From: a virus
Lineage: Duplodnaviria; Caudoviricetes
Length of the DNA: 64,000 bases
IMG/VR virus record: IMGVR_UViG_3300020576_005098
Coordinates: 1-64,000 of that record
Direction: 5' to 3' (one strand)
Shown here: one piece after another, positions 57,009 to 64,000 of the stretch
Position numbering within the stretch: position 1 is the stretch's first letter
Layout: each line of letters starts with the position of its first letter
The notes under the pieces: generated by a model
Told to the model about the DNA's origin: nothing
Databases searched by the model: none
The model's input: the letters and a program-made list of their open reading frames with translations, nothing else
Translations under genes and position numbers: made by a program

Positions 57009-57083
57009 ATCACACAAGCTCTGATGGTGGAGTAGCTTACCCTTATCGTAAGCACGGACAAGGTTCGAATCCTTGGTGTGATA
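57009..57083 (+). tRNA. atypical tRNA with extended anticodon arm (central TTA)
   Basis: Intact acceptor and T-arm; gcttac/gtaagc stem around CCTTATC. Confidence 0.55.
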
Positions 57084-57094
57084 TGTTTGTTTGT

Positions 57095-57167
57095 GTTGAC
57101 CGTAGCTCAATGGTTAGAGCGGCTGGTTGTGACCCAGCAGGCGGGAGTTCAATTCTCCTCGGACAAC
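57095..57167 (+). tRNA. tRNA-His(GTG)
   Basis: G-1 and C73; loop TTGTGAC. Confidence 0.85.
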
Positions 57168-57173
57168 CTTGTT

Positions 57174-57244
57174 GGGACCATAGTTCAATGGTAGAACACC
57201 AGCTTTACACGCTGGCTACGATGGTTCAATTCCGTCTGGTCCTA
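57174..57244 (+). tRNA. tRNA-Val(TAC)
   Basis: Loop TTTACAC. Confidence 0.85.
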
Positions 57245-57247
57245 TTC

Positions 57248-57321
57248 GCCAGCATAACTCAGTTGGTTAGAGTGGGAGAATCATAATCTCCAAGTCGTTG
57301 GTTCGATTCCATCTGCTGGCA
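57248..57321 (+). tRNA. tRNA-Met/Ile2(CAT), elongator-type
   Basis: Loop ATCATAA; A73. Confidence 0.8.
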
Positions 57322-57374
57322 TTTTTCATTTCATTCAACACAAGTTTCATTTCAAAGAAAGGTTCACAGATAAG

Positions 57375-57590
57375 ATGATGGAAGTTACACACACGGGATC
57401 TTCAGTTGTTTCTCGGGTGAGCTACAACCGCAAACAAATGTTGCTGGAAGTTACTCTGAAAGGTGGAGAAGTTTACACCTACAAAAACGTTCCTCTGCAT
57501 GTGTTCAACGAGTTTTCCGTTGCTCCTTCCCTTGGTTCATTCTTTTCTAAGAACATTCGAACCAACTACGAAGTTGTGGAGAAGACATGA
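57375..57590 (+). CDS. KTSC-domain protein
   Basis: SSVVSRVSYN...LEVTLKGGEVYTYKNVPLHVFNEFSVAPSLGSFFSKNIR. Confidence 0.85.
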   Translation: MMEVTHTGSSVVSRVSYNRKQMLLEVTLKGGEVYTYKNVPLHVFNEFSVAPSLGSFFSKNIRTNYEVVEKT

Positions 57591-57775
57591 TTCAGAGAAA
57601 ACCTTGGATCTTGATTGACACTGATCGAGTTACCTTGTGTCGAGAGCCAGAAAGCCCAACATGGTGGATTGCTTATGATGATTGGGTACATGAAGCTGAT
57701 AGTCTTCTCCAACTAACTTGGTCGGTTTTGACTGAATTCAAATCCGAAAAGCATTCCGCGAGGAAGTTTCGATGA
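57587..57775 (+). CDS. hypothetical protein
   Basis: 62 aa; ATGA overlap. Confidence 0.55.
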   Translation: MIQRKPWILIDTDRVTLCREPESPTWWIAYDDWVHEADSLLQLTWSVLTEFKSEKHSARKFR

Positions 57776-57845
57776 TTCTCTCAACAGTAGACTGTAACGA
57801 GAAGCTCATTCCACAGCCTTGACATTTTCCTACCTATTCACTGCG

Positions 57846-58397
57846 ATGTCCTCCTCAAGCAGTGAATCCATCCTCAAAACAATAATCCTTGAAATCTTGG
57901 TAGAAGCCAAGAAAGAATACGAACAAAATCCAATGAGGTTGTTTGGTCTGTTGTTTCCAAAAACCAGACCAACTCAATCTAAGCATGGGATGGATGTTCG
58001 AGGATTAACCTTTTATCACGCATCTCCAAAGAGGTTTAGGCACGGGGATGTTCTTCGTGGGAATATGTCTGGTGGCTATGGATCAGAGCATGAAAATGTT
58101 TGCATGACAACAACACCCAAACCCCACGGAACCATTCAATCAGCTATTCAAGACGATTGGTTTGTTTATGAAGTAGAACCTGTTGGTCCTGTTTGGTTTG
58201 TTGAAACCAACGACGAATATCAAGCTAAGCAAGCTGTTGTGAAATCCTTGGTTGGTAAAGCGGGCGCGATGAACAGAAACTACCCCAGCCCATCTTTCAA
58301 AAATGCCAAATCTCCTACCGTTGAAAAACAACGTCAAAAGAAACGACAAGAACGCTTGGAAAAACGTTTGAATCGAGGAGAAAGCAATGAGTCCTGA
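57846..58397 (+). CDS. ADP-ribosyltransferase-like protein (Arr-type H-motif fold)
   Basis: FYHASPKRFRHGDVL, VCMTT, VYEVEPVG pattern; N-terminal LKTIILEILVEA. Confidence 0.55.
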   Translation: MSSSSSESILKTIILEILVEAKKEYEQNPMRLFGLLFPKTRPTQSKHGMDVRGLTFYHASPKRFRHGDVLRGNMSGGYGSEHENVCMTTTPKPHGTIQSAIQDDWFVYEVEPVGPVWFVETNDEYQAKQAVVKSLVGKAGAMNRNYPSPSFKNAKSPTVEKQRQKKRQERLEKRLNRGESNES

Positions 58398-58761
58398 TCC
58401 TGTCCAAAGCTTTGTTGTAGAGATCGAAAAACAGTTTCCTGGTGTTTCTTTGGATTTGGGATTGAGCCGTTCTGGGGATGTTTTGATTTTATCGAAGATT
58501 GTTGTTGGGAAAGAAAGCAGGGGGAAGGGAATTGGGTCTGAGGTTATGAGGCGTCTGGTGGCTTTTGCAGACCGTCACGGGTTGAGGATAGGTCTCACTC
58601 CGTCTGGGGATTTTGGTGGCTCTGTTGGGCGTCTCAAGAGGTTCTACAGGGGCTTTGGGTTCAAACCTTACAAGGGATTTGATCACAGAGAGACAATGGA
58701 AAGAGAACCCCTAACCTCCCCAATGAGTTTGTCAGAGATTTTGTTTAGACCCGAAATTTGA
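58387..58761 (+). CDS. GNAT acetyltransferase
   Basis: LSKIVVGKESRGKGIGSEVM acetyl-CoA motif A; RLKRFYRGFGF motif B. Confidence 0.85.
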   Translation: MSPDPVQSFVVEIEKQFPGVSLDLGLSRSGDVLILSKIVVGKESRGKGIGSEVMRRLVAFADRHGLRIGLTPSGDFGGSVGRLKRFYRGFGFKPYKGFDHRETMEREPLTSPMSLSEILFRPEI

Positions 58762-58815
58762 TGAACACTCTTGGAAAACCTTGACTTGCCTGTGTGGTTG
58801 TGGTAGAGTTGCCTC

Positions 58816-59091
58816 ATGAGTGATGAGACAAGCAAAATCGGTGCGGGAAAACTGTACCGAATCGTAGACACACAAATGAAGTTCCCTCTTTATCTCATGG
58901 CACAAGATTCATCAGGAGGCAACAAGATCCCGTTTCTTGCCAATGGTGATCTTTTCATGGTTTTAGAGGTATTGAAGGAAGAAAAACTTGGAGATGACCT
59001 GTGGTGTTTGGTCAAAACTTTGACCACCTCTGGGGATCGGTGCCTTGTGTGCTTCTTACCGAAAAACATTGAAGAAGTTAAGGATGTGTAA
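58816..59091 (+). CDS. hypothetical SH3-like protein
   Basis: 91 aa; promoter TTGACT-N17-TAGAGT at 58781-58809. Confidence 0.65.
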   Translation: MSDETSKIGAGKLYRIVDTQMKFPLYLMAQDSSGGNKIPFLANGDLFMVLEVLKEEKLGDDLWCLVKTLTTSGDRCLVCFLPKNIEEVKDV

Positions 59092-59092
59092 A

Positions 59093-59374
59093 ATGGCAAA
59101 TTCCAACATTGTTTTCATTCTTTTGAAGTTGGGTCAGACACAGGATCCTCTTGAGGCTGTTCAATACCTTGAAGAAATTATGGGTACGAACAAGGATGTG
59201 ACCATGCCGAGTGGTATTACAATCACAGCCGTTGCTCACATCCTGAAAATTCTGTATTCAACGAGGGAGCATCCAAATCACGCCGTTGCAATCACAAAGT
59301 TCATTCTTCTGTGCCAAAACTGGTTGAATACCTTCAAGGCAAACATGAAACCAAACACAGGATATCGCGGATGA
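59093..59374 (+). CDS. hypothetical protein
   Basis: Start at MANSNI, 1 nt after the previous stop. Confidence 0.6.
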   Translation: MANSNIVFILLKLGQTQDPLEAVQYLEEIMGTNKDVTMPSGITITAVAHILKILYSTREHPNHAVAITKFILLCQNWLNTFKANMKPNTGYRG

Positions 59375-59377
59375 ATC

Positions 59378-59470
59378 TAAATCGCCCCAGGATGCTTTTT
59401 AGAGCCCTGGAATGTTTCTGTTGCACGAGAGTGGCTTGAAATGATTTGGAAGCCTGGAAGGGGCCTTCCT
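59378..59470 (+). repeat. ~100-bp dispersed element, copy B
   Basis: Starts TAAATCGCCC 3 nt after a stop codon; gap-free colinear with copy A; 28-bp exact match. Confidence 0.8.
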
Positions 59471-59498
59471 GTGTCAAGAAAAGGTAACGGTGATTATC

Positions 59499-59651
59499 AT
59501 GAGTGGTAAAGAAAAGAAGGGTGGTTGGGTGAAGCAGGTTGAGGTTGAGGAGGTTTACGTTTTTCTGATGACTGTTCTTTTGGGAATGTTTGTTGGGATG
59601 TTCGTAACCAACTTCATTGTCTCACTCGTTCAGTTTCTGATTAGGAACTAG
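59499..59651 (+). CDS. small membrane peptide (50 aa)
   Basis: Manual translation MSGKEKKGG...VYVFLMTVLLGMFVGMFVTNFIVSLVQFLIRN. Confidence 0.55.
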   Translation: MSGKEKKGGWVKQVEVEEVYVFLMTVLLGMFVGMFVTNFIVSLVQFLIRN

Positions 59652-59663
59652 GAAGGAAGTAAC

Positions 59664-59789
59664 ATGAAGAGAATGTGGAATAAGGCGTGGCGGTGGTTGG
59701 TCACAAGCCCGATTGTGTATCACTTGATTCCTTACGGAATGGTGATCCTTGGTTTGGCCTTGATCGTGTTGGGAATTTTTGACAAGTGA
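59664..59789 (+). CDS. small membrane peptide (41 aa)
   Basis: Manual translation MKRMWNKAWRW...LIPYGMVILGLALIVLGIFDK. Confidence 0.55.
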   Translation: MKRMWNKAWRWLVTSPIVYHLIPYGMVILGLALIVLGIFDK

Positions 59790-59809
59790 TTCTGAAGAAA
59801 GGAAAAGAG

Positions 59810-59947
59810 ATGAAATTCTGGAAGATGTATGAGGGTATGGGTGTTGGTTGGCAAGCGGCGATCCTAACACTTCTTCACTGGGGTGTTGCCGTTGGACTTC
59901 TCGGTGGTTTTCTTGTTATTTTGAGCAGAAACAATGTCTCTTATTGA
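59810..59947 (+). CDS. small membrane peptide (45 aa)
   Basis: Manual translation MKFWKMYEG...AILTLLHWGVAVGLLGGFLVILSRNNVSY. Confidence 0.55.
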   Translation: MKFWKMYEGMGVGWQAAILTLLHWGVAVGLLGGFLVILSRNNVSY

Positions 59948-60137
59948 TCAATATGAGGCATTTCTACAAAAGGAGCAGAAGAAGATAAATTTGTTCGTTG
60001 AACAAACAATGCACTACGGGACTGGGTTTGTACCAAACAGTCCCCCCCACATTTTCTTCAAGAAAGTTTCGCTCAACATTCTATTTTGGCTTCTCTGGTT
60101 TCTCTTCCTTTTCTTTGTGGCATTTCTCGACAAATGA
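59934..60137 (+). CDS. small membrane peptide (67 aa)
   Basis: C-terminal ILFWLLWFLFLFFVAFL. Confidence 0.6.
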   Translation: MSLIDQYEAFLQKEQKKINLFVEQTMHYGTGFVPNSPPHIFFKKVSLNILFWLLWFLFLFFVAFLDK

Positions 60138-60268
60138 AAAAAAACCATTCAGCACAGCAGAAACCATTTCGGGATTTTGTTGATATGCTTGTGATTGCCG
60201 CCTTGGTTTTCACAATGCTCAAAGCAGCCCAAGTCCTGTTCCAGCTAACACACAACAGTCATCTATAA
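60134..60268 (+). CDS. small membrane peptide (44 aa)
   Basis: ATGA overlap; MLVIAALVFTMLKAAQVLFQL. Confidence 0.5.
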   Translation: MKKNHSAQQKPFRDFVDMLVIAALVFTMLKAAQVLFQLTHNSHL

Positions 60269-61002
60269 AACGTGTCAATGATCTCGTTGGACGCACCATA
60301 ATCCAACAAAACAATCTTCCCCAGCGAAGTTTTTCCCCACTGGCGGATCCCACCAAAATCAACAGGATCCAACCCAAAAGCAGAAACAGCTTGTTGTAAA
60401 CCTCTGAAAACACGTTTGGCTGTTTTGTTTTTTTTGATTGCTGCCTCTACCCTTTTGCGCGATTCAATCTTGCTGGTTGAACTTGTTCCATAGTCTTCCT
60501 CGGAAGAGGTGCTGGAATAACTTGAAAGAACACTTGAAAGCGACGTTGGATGCAAGCCGCCAGAAAGCTCAAAGAATTCTTCTACGTTTTTCAAAGGTCT
60601 GACGAGATCAGCAATCAACCAAAGGCCATTCGGTTCCAGTTTATACGATTCCGGAATAACTGCTTTCACCGCTGGGGGGGCGTCTCTCCAAGTGTTGAAT
60701 TCCTGTTGATTTTGTGCCGCACCGGCTTCCGTGTACTTCTCAACATACTGACTCTTGAAACTCCCAGCCAGTTTCAGTGCGAATCTCGATGAAAGAACGT
60801 AAGCAGTCCTGGAAGAACCTTCTCCCACCTTCTGCAATCCCTTTGACTCAACATAATCTCTAAGAATTTTTGCTTTCTCAACTGTTGGGAGATTATCTTT
60901 CCCATTCAGGAGGGATTCAAATTCTCTTATGTTGAAACCTGTTCCCCTAATGGCTTCACCAAACAAGAATTCCGAAAGGATTCCGAGTTTGTTGGTTTTC
61001 AT
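60259..61002 (-). CDS. protein kinase-like fold protein
   Basis: VGEGSSRTAY Gly-loop, ALKLA Lys, NQQE Glu helix, IVLLDYG (DFG-like). Confidence 0.7.
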   Translation of the reverse strand: MKTNKLGILSEFLFGEAIRGTGFNIREFESLLNGKDNLPTVEKAKILRDYVESKGLQKVGEGSSRTAYVLSSRFALKLAGSFKSQYVEKYTEAGAAQNQQEFNTWRDAPPAVKAVIPESYKLEPNGLWLIADLVRPLKNVEEFFELSGGLHPTSLSSVLSSYSSTSSEEDYGTSSTSKIESRKRVEAAIKKNKTAKRVFRGLQQAVSAFGLDPVDFGGIRQWGKTSLGKIVLLDYGASNEIIDTFYR

Positions 61003-61003
61003 G

Positions 61004-61789
61004 TTAGTATTTCCTCCCGAAAAGTGCTTCACCCGCTTTGGCTATTGCAATCTGTTGTTCTTGTTTGCTGATATCTCCGTCCACTTCCATTTCTTCCAAC
61101 AGGATACTTCCTTGACGCCTGAGAGAAGCAAGGTTGATGCTTGTTCCGATATATCTCCAAGCGTCAGCGGTTCCCAGCTTTGAATTGTCTCTCAAAGGAA
61201 GAGGGCAATCGTCAGAAGTGTCGGAAGGGGTTAGTGGTGTTGGACTTTCTTTTCTTCTGCGTCTTGGATAGCGGCCACTGAATCTGTACCACTTGGTATC
61301 AGCAGCCCTGGAATTCAATGGATCCTTTTCGCTGGAGAAGTTGTCGAGTGGTGCTTTTTCCCATTCTGGACTCTGTTCGATCCCAGCCCATGTTTTTTGT
61401 GCCGCTGGAGACGTGGAAACAAATCTGTCACTTGTCAAGAAGCTGTTTCCATAAAGGCTGAGAAGTGCGTAACAAGCAGACCCGGCGCCGGGATAATTCG
61501 GATTTGCAACGATCCAGTTGACCACATGAGCATCAGAGCACATTGGTTCTTTTAGTTTCATGATCTGTCCTGCTCCACACAACCAGGAGAAGTCGTTTTC
61601 ATTTTCCAAAGCTCTGGGTGTGTATTTCTCAGAGTTGATAAGAAAAACAGTCGTGACCTGCCCTGATCTTCCAAACACAGCACCATAGGTTGGTGCTTTG
61701 AATTGTGAAACTTTGGCCCCAAACTCCATCCCTTCCCCAAACAAAAACATTTCCAGCAGCCACCGTTGTTGTTTCACTGATTCATCCAT
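61004..61789 (-). CDS. GNAT-like paralogue
   Basis: YPGAGSACY...LTSDRFVSTSPAAQKTW; LLEMFLFGE N-terminus. Confidence 0.65.
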   Translation of the reverse strand: MDESVKQQRWLLEMFLFGEGMEFGAKVSQFKAPTYGAVFGRSGQVTTVFLINSEKYTPRALENENDFSWLCGAGQIMKLKEPMCSDAHVVNWIVANPNYPGAGSACYALLSLYGNSFLTSDRFVSTSPAAQKTWAGIEQSPEWEKAPLDNFSSEKDPLNSRAADTKWYRFSGRYPRRRRKESPTPLTPSDTSDDCPLPLRDNSKLGTADAWRYIGTSINLASLRRQGSILLEEMEVDGDISKQEQQIAIAKAGEALFGRKY

Positions 61790-62594
61790 ACCTTTCCGAG
61801 AAAAGGCGAATTGCAGCCTTTCTCAACAAAACTTCCAAGCGAGGTTTTCCATCAACCACATCATCTGGGAATTCAAATGTGATAGGGCTCATAACTTCCG
61901 AAGCGAACTCATCCCCAGATTGAATAAGGGACTCAAGTTTTGCTGGGCCTGCATAAACCCAAGCATCGACAGAACCCAAAACCTTGTTGATTCCATCTTC
62001 GGGGTTTTTGTCGCCATAAGTTCTGTTTTGTGGTAATTGACAATCATCTTGTGTGAATCCTGGGGTTAGTGGGTTTCCACCAAAGTAGATCAACCTTCTA
62101 CTGGGCCATGTTCCTTGATGGCGATAATAGTCTCCCCAGATGTCGTGATTATCCAACGGAGCCCTTCTCCACTTGGACGAATCCGTTTCAATCTTAGCCC
62201 AAGTCTTTTTTGCAGAATCAGAGGTGCTGACATCTCTATCACTCACAATAGGTCCGCCAATCATCTCCCCAAACAATTCGTAACAAACAAGTCCAGCACC
62301 CGGAAACTTCTTAGAAGAAGCAACAGAGGCAACTTCAACTGCTCCAAGGCAGTCTCCCTGATGTGATTTTCCTTTGCGAATCATTCCACATAACCAATCC
62401 TCATATTTTCCAACAACCGAGAAGAAGTTCTTTTCTCTTGCGAGTGTTTCTCTCAGGGATTGTTTGTGGAAGAGGGTGATGGCTTTCCCATTACCTGTAA
62501 CAGAAATGATTACAACCCCATATTCTGCCGGGGTCGTGTAGTCTCTTTTTGTTTCTGTTGTATTCTCACCAAAGAGAATATGAGTGAGTTTCAT
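61782..62594 (-). CDS. GNAT-like paralogue
   Basis: FPGAGLVCY...IVSDRDVSTSDSAKKTW; MKLTHILFGEN N-terminus. Confidence 0.65.
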   Translation of the reverse strand: MKLTHILFGENTTETKRDYTTPAEYGVVIISVTGNGKAITLFHKQSLRETLAREKNFFSVVGKYEDWLCGMIRKGKSHQGDCLGAVEVASVASSKKFPGAGLVCYELFGEMIGGPIVSDRDVSTSDSAKKTWAKIETDSSKWRRAPLDNHDIWGDYYRHQGTWPSRRLIYFGGNPLTPGFTQDDCQLPQNRTYGDKNPEDGINKVLGSVDAWVYAGPAKLESLIQSGDEFASEVMSPITFEFPDDVVDGKPRLEVLLRKAAIRLFSERYG

Positions 62595-62623
62595 GGTTGA
62601 TGATGTAAATACCTGATCTCAAC

Positions 62624-63283
62624 TCACTCACCAAACCAAGAATCATAGAAGGTTTCTAGGAACTCAACAGTTCCACCAACGTCCAAGAAAACAATGTCGC
62701 CTTCACGGTTCTTTCCAAGTTGATGAATGCCAACCATGTCTTTGGGTGAGAGACCAGCACGGACGAGCGCCTGAGCCCCAGCAAACCACCCCAGAAGCTT
62801 TTCTGGGGCGCCCATTTGTCTCAGACGGGTCGGAGGCAGGGAAGGAAATTCGGGCGCCAGGATAATGCCTTCAAACGTCTCCTTGGTCATGCCCTCCATC
62901 GCCTGCTCAAAATCATTCCAGTTCCTCAAGGGTCGAACCAACTCAGAGATCATCCAGAAACCCCTGGCACGATCAAAGGCTTTGATGGTTGGAACAACAA
63001 GTTGTGCTTCTGGAGGAGCATTCCCGACCATCTTGAATTCCTCTTTATTTTGGTAAACACCTTCATCCGTTTCGGCAAGTTTCAGAACCGTTTTTGCTGA
63101 AATGATATAAACAACTCTTCCAGAACCCGCACCAACCATTGGCAGCTTGTCTTTGGCATAAGACAACATCTCTTGGAGGGTATCAAGCCGGGCAAAGTCT
63201 TTGAGAATGAAAGGAGATTTCCGATTTAGAGAACGATTGCTTTCGGGAAGAAATAGAATGGAAGAAAGATCAGGTGTTGGCAT
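62624..63283 (-). CDS. protein kinase-like fold protein, paralogue of 60259
   Basis: VGAGSGRVVY, VLKLA, NKEE, IVFLDVG. Confidence 0.7.
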   Translation of the reverse strand: MPTPDLSSILFLPESNRSLNRKSPFILKDFARLDTLQEMLSYAKDKLPMVGAGSGRVVYIISAKTVLKLAETDEGVYQNKEEFKMVGNAPPEAQLVVPTIKAFDRARGFWMISELVRPLRNWNDFEQAMEGMTKETFEGIILAPEFPSLPPTRLRQMGAPEKLLGWFAGAQALVRAGLSPKDMVGIHQLGKNREGDIVFLDVGGTVEFLETFYDSWFGE

Positions 63284-63315
63284 TGGTTGTTTGAAGCGTA
63301 AATACTGGAGAAGTA

Positions 63316-64000
63316 TCAGCGTGAGAACCAACCGTTTTCTTGTGCCTGTTCAAACAAAACCCCAGCGCAAACTTCAAGAAATGAATTCAGTTCCATTCCA
63401 GGCATGAGGTTTTTCATTCCGTTTTCAACATAAGCTCCAAGTTTTTTACCATAAGCGATCATTCCTTTGGCATCTACTGGACCCTTGTACTTGTATGCGT
63501 TAGCAGAACCAAGAAGATCTGCTACTTTTGGAACATCCCACTTGCTGATGTTTGTTTTCTTTTTTGTTGGAATGGGGCAGTCATCAACAGAGCTATCAGG
63601 GGTTTTGGCTCCACTTGGTCCAAGATCTTTCACACTTCTTGCTGGAAAGTGACCTTGATAATCAACAAATGATTTATAGGCGCCGTTTTGATCGGTCACT
63701 TTGACATAGTTGTCCAGTTCAGCTCCAATCATTGTCCATTCCGGACTTTGTTCTATCTTCGCCCAGGCTTTTTTTGCTGCTGGGCTGGAGCTGTGTGCTC
63801 GATCACTTGTCAGAGGTGCGTCGAACACTTTGGAAGCTAGAGCATACATGGTTGAGCCCGCTCCTGGGTACAAAGGATTTCCAGCAACAAAAGCAACTTG
63901 CATCGCGCCAAAACATTCATCAGTCTCTGTTTCTCTCAACTGAATCATTCCAGCAGCAATCTTCTCATAAGGAACTTCTGATTCGTTTCCTTGAGAATAC
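63316..64000 (-). CDS. GNAT-like paralogue, 5' partial
   Basis: YPGAGSTMY...LTSDRAHSSSPAAKKAW; frame open upstream of M63948 to the window edge. Confidence 0.65.
   Translation of the reverse strand, partial: YSQGNESEVPYEKIAAGMIQLRETETDECFGAMQVAFVAGNPLYPGAGSTMYALASKVFDAPLTSDRAHSSSPAAKKAWAKIEQSPEWTMIGAELDNYVKVTDQNGAYKSFVDYQGHFPARSVKDLGPSGAKTPDSSVDDCPIPTKKKTNISKWDVPKVADLLGSANAYKYKGPVDAKGMIAYGKKLGAYVENGMKNLMPGMELNSFLEVCAGVLFEQAQENGWFSR

Noticed and set aside
1-64000. Stop-codon reassignment, as seen in some large phages
   Set aside because: Long conserved genes are intact in code 11, and TAA, TAG and TGA all end genes at expected positions
1-64000. CRISPR array or diversity-generating retroelement
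   Set aside because: No regularly spaced direct repeats and no reverse transcriptase; the capsid duplicate differs at synonymous third positions, not adenine-specific sites

Overview
A 64-kb piece of a large T4-like tailed phage (myovirus, probably jumbo) genome, read in standard code 11. From 1 to 26 kb (minus strand) is a virion module: tail tube, two tandem ~1000-aa sheath paralogues, neck/terminator proteins, major capsid, scaffold, prohead protease and portal. An HNH protein and an HDAC-family deacetylase sit next to it. From 26 to 48 kb lie GroEL, primase, a fused SbcD-SbcC (Mre11-Rad50), UvsE, large terminase with a mini-intein, and a sigma70-family factor. From 50 to 57.3 kb is an RNA island with about 36 tRNA or tRNA-like genes, a tmRNA, a tRNA-Ile(UAU) split by a group I intron, and an unassigned 341-nt structured RNA. 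From 57.8 to 64 kb are paralogous GNAT-like, kinase-like and ART-like proteins. The most notable observations: the intron-containing tRNA; the 341-nt RNA; tRNAs with mismatched bodies or anticodon loops; a synonymously recoded duplicate of the capsid 3' end flanking an inserted cassette; a dispersed ~100-bp MITE-like repeat, one end of which marks that junction; a second ~32-bp dispersed motif; a TANYTA late-promoter motif; a sigma apparently lacking region 4.2; and a shared N-terminal motif suggesting head-packaged enzymes. All assignments come from motif reading by eye; no database searches were run.
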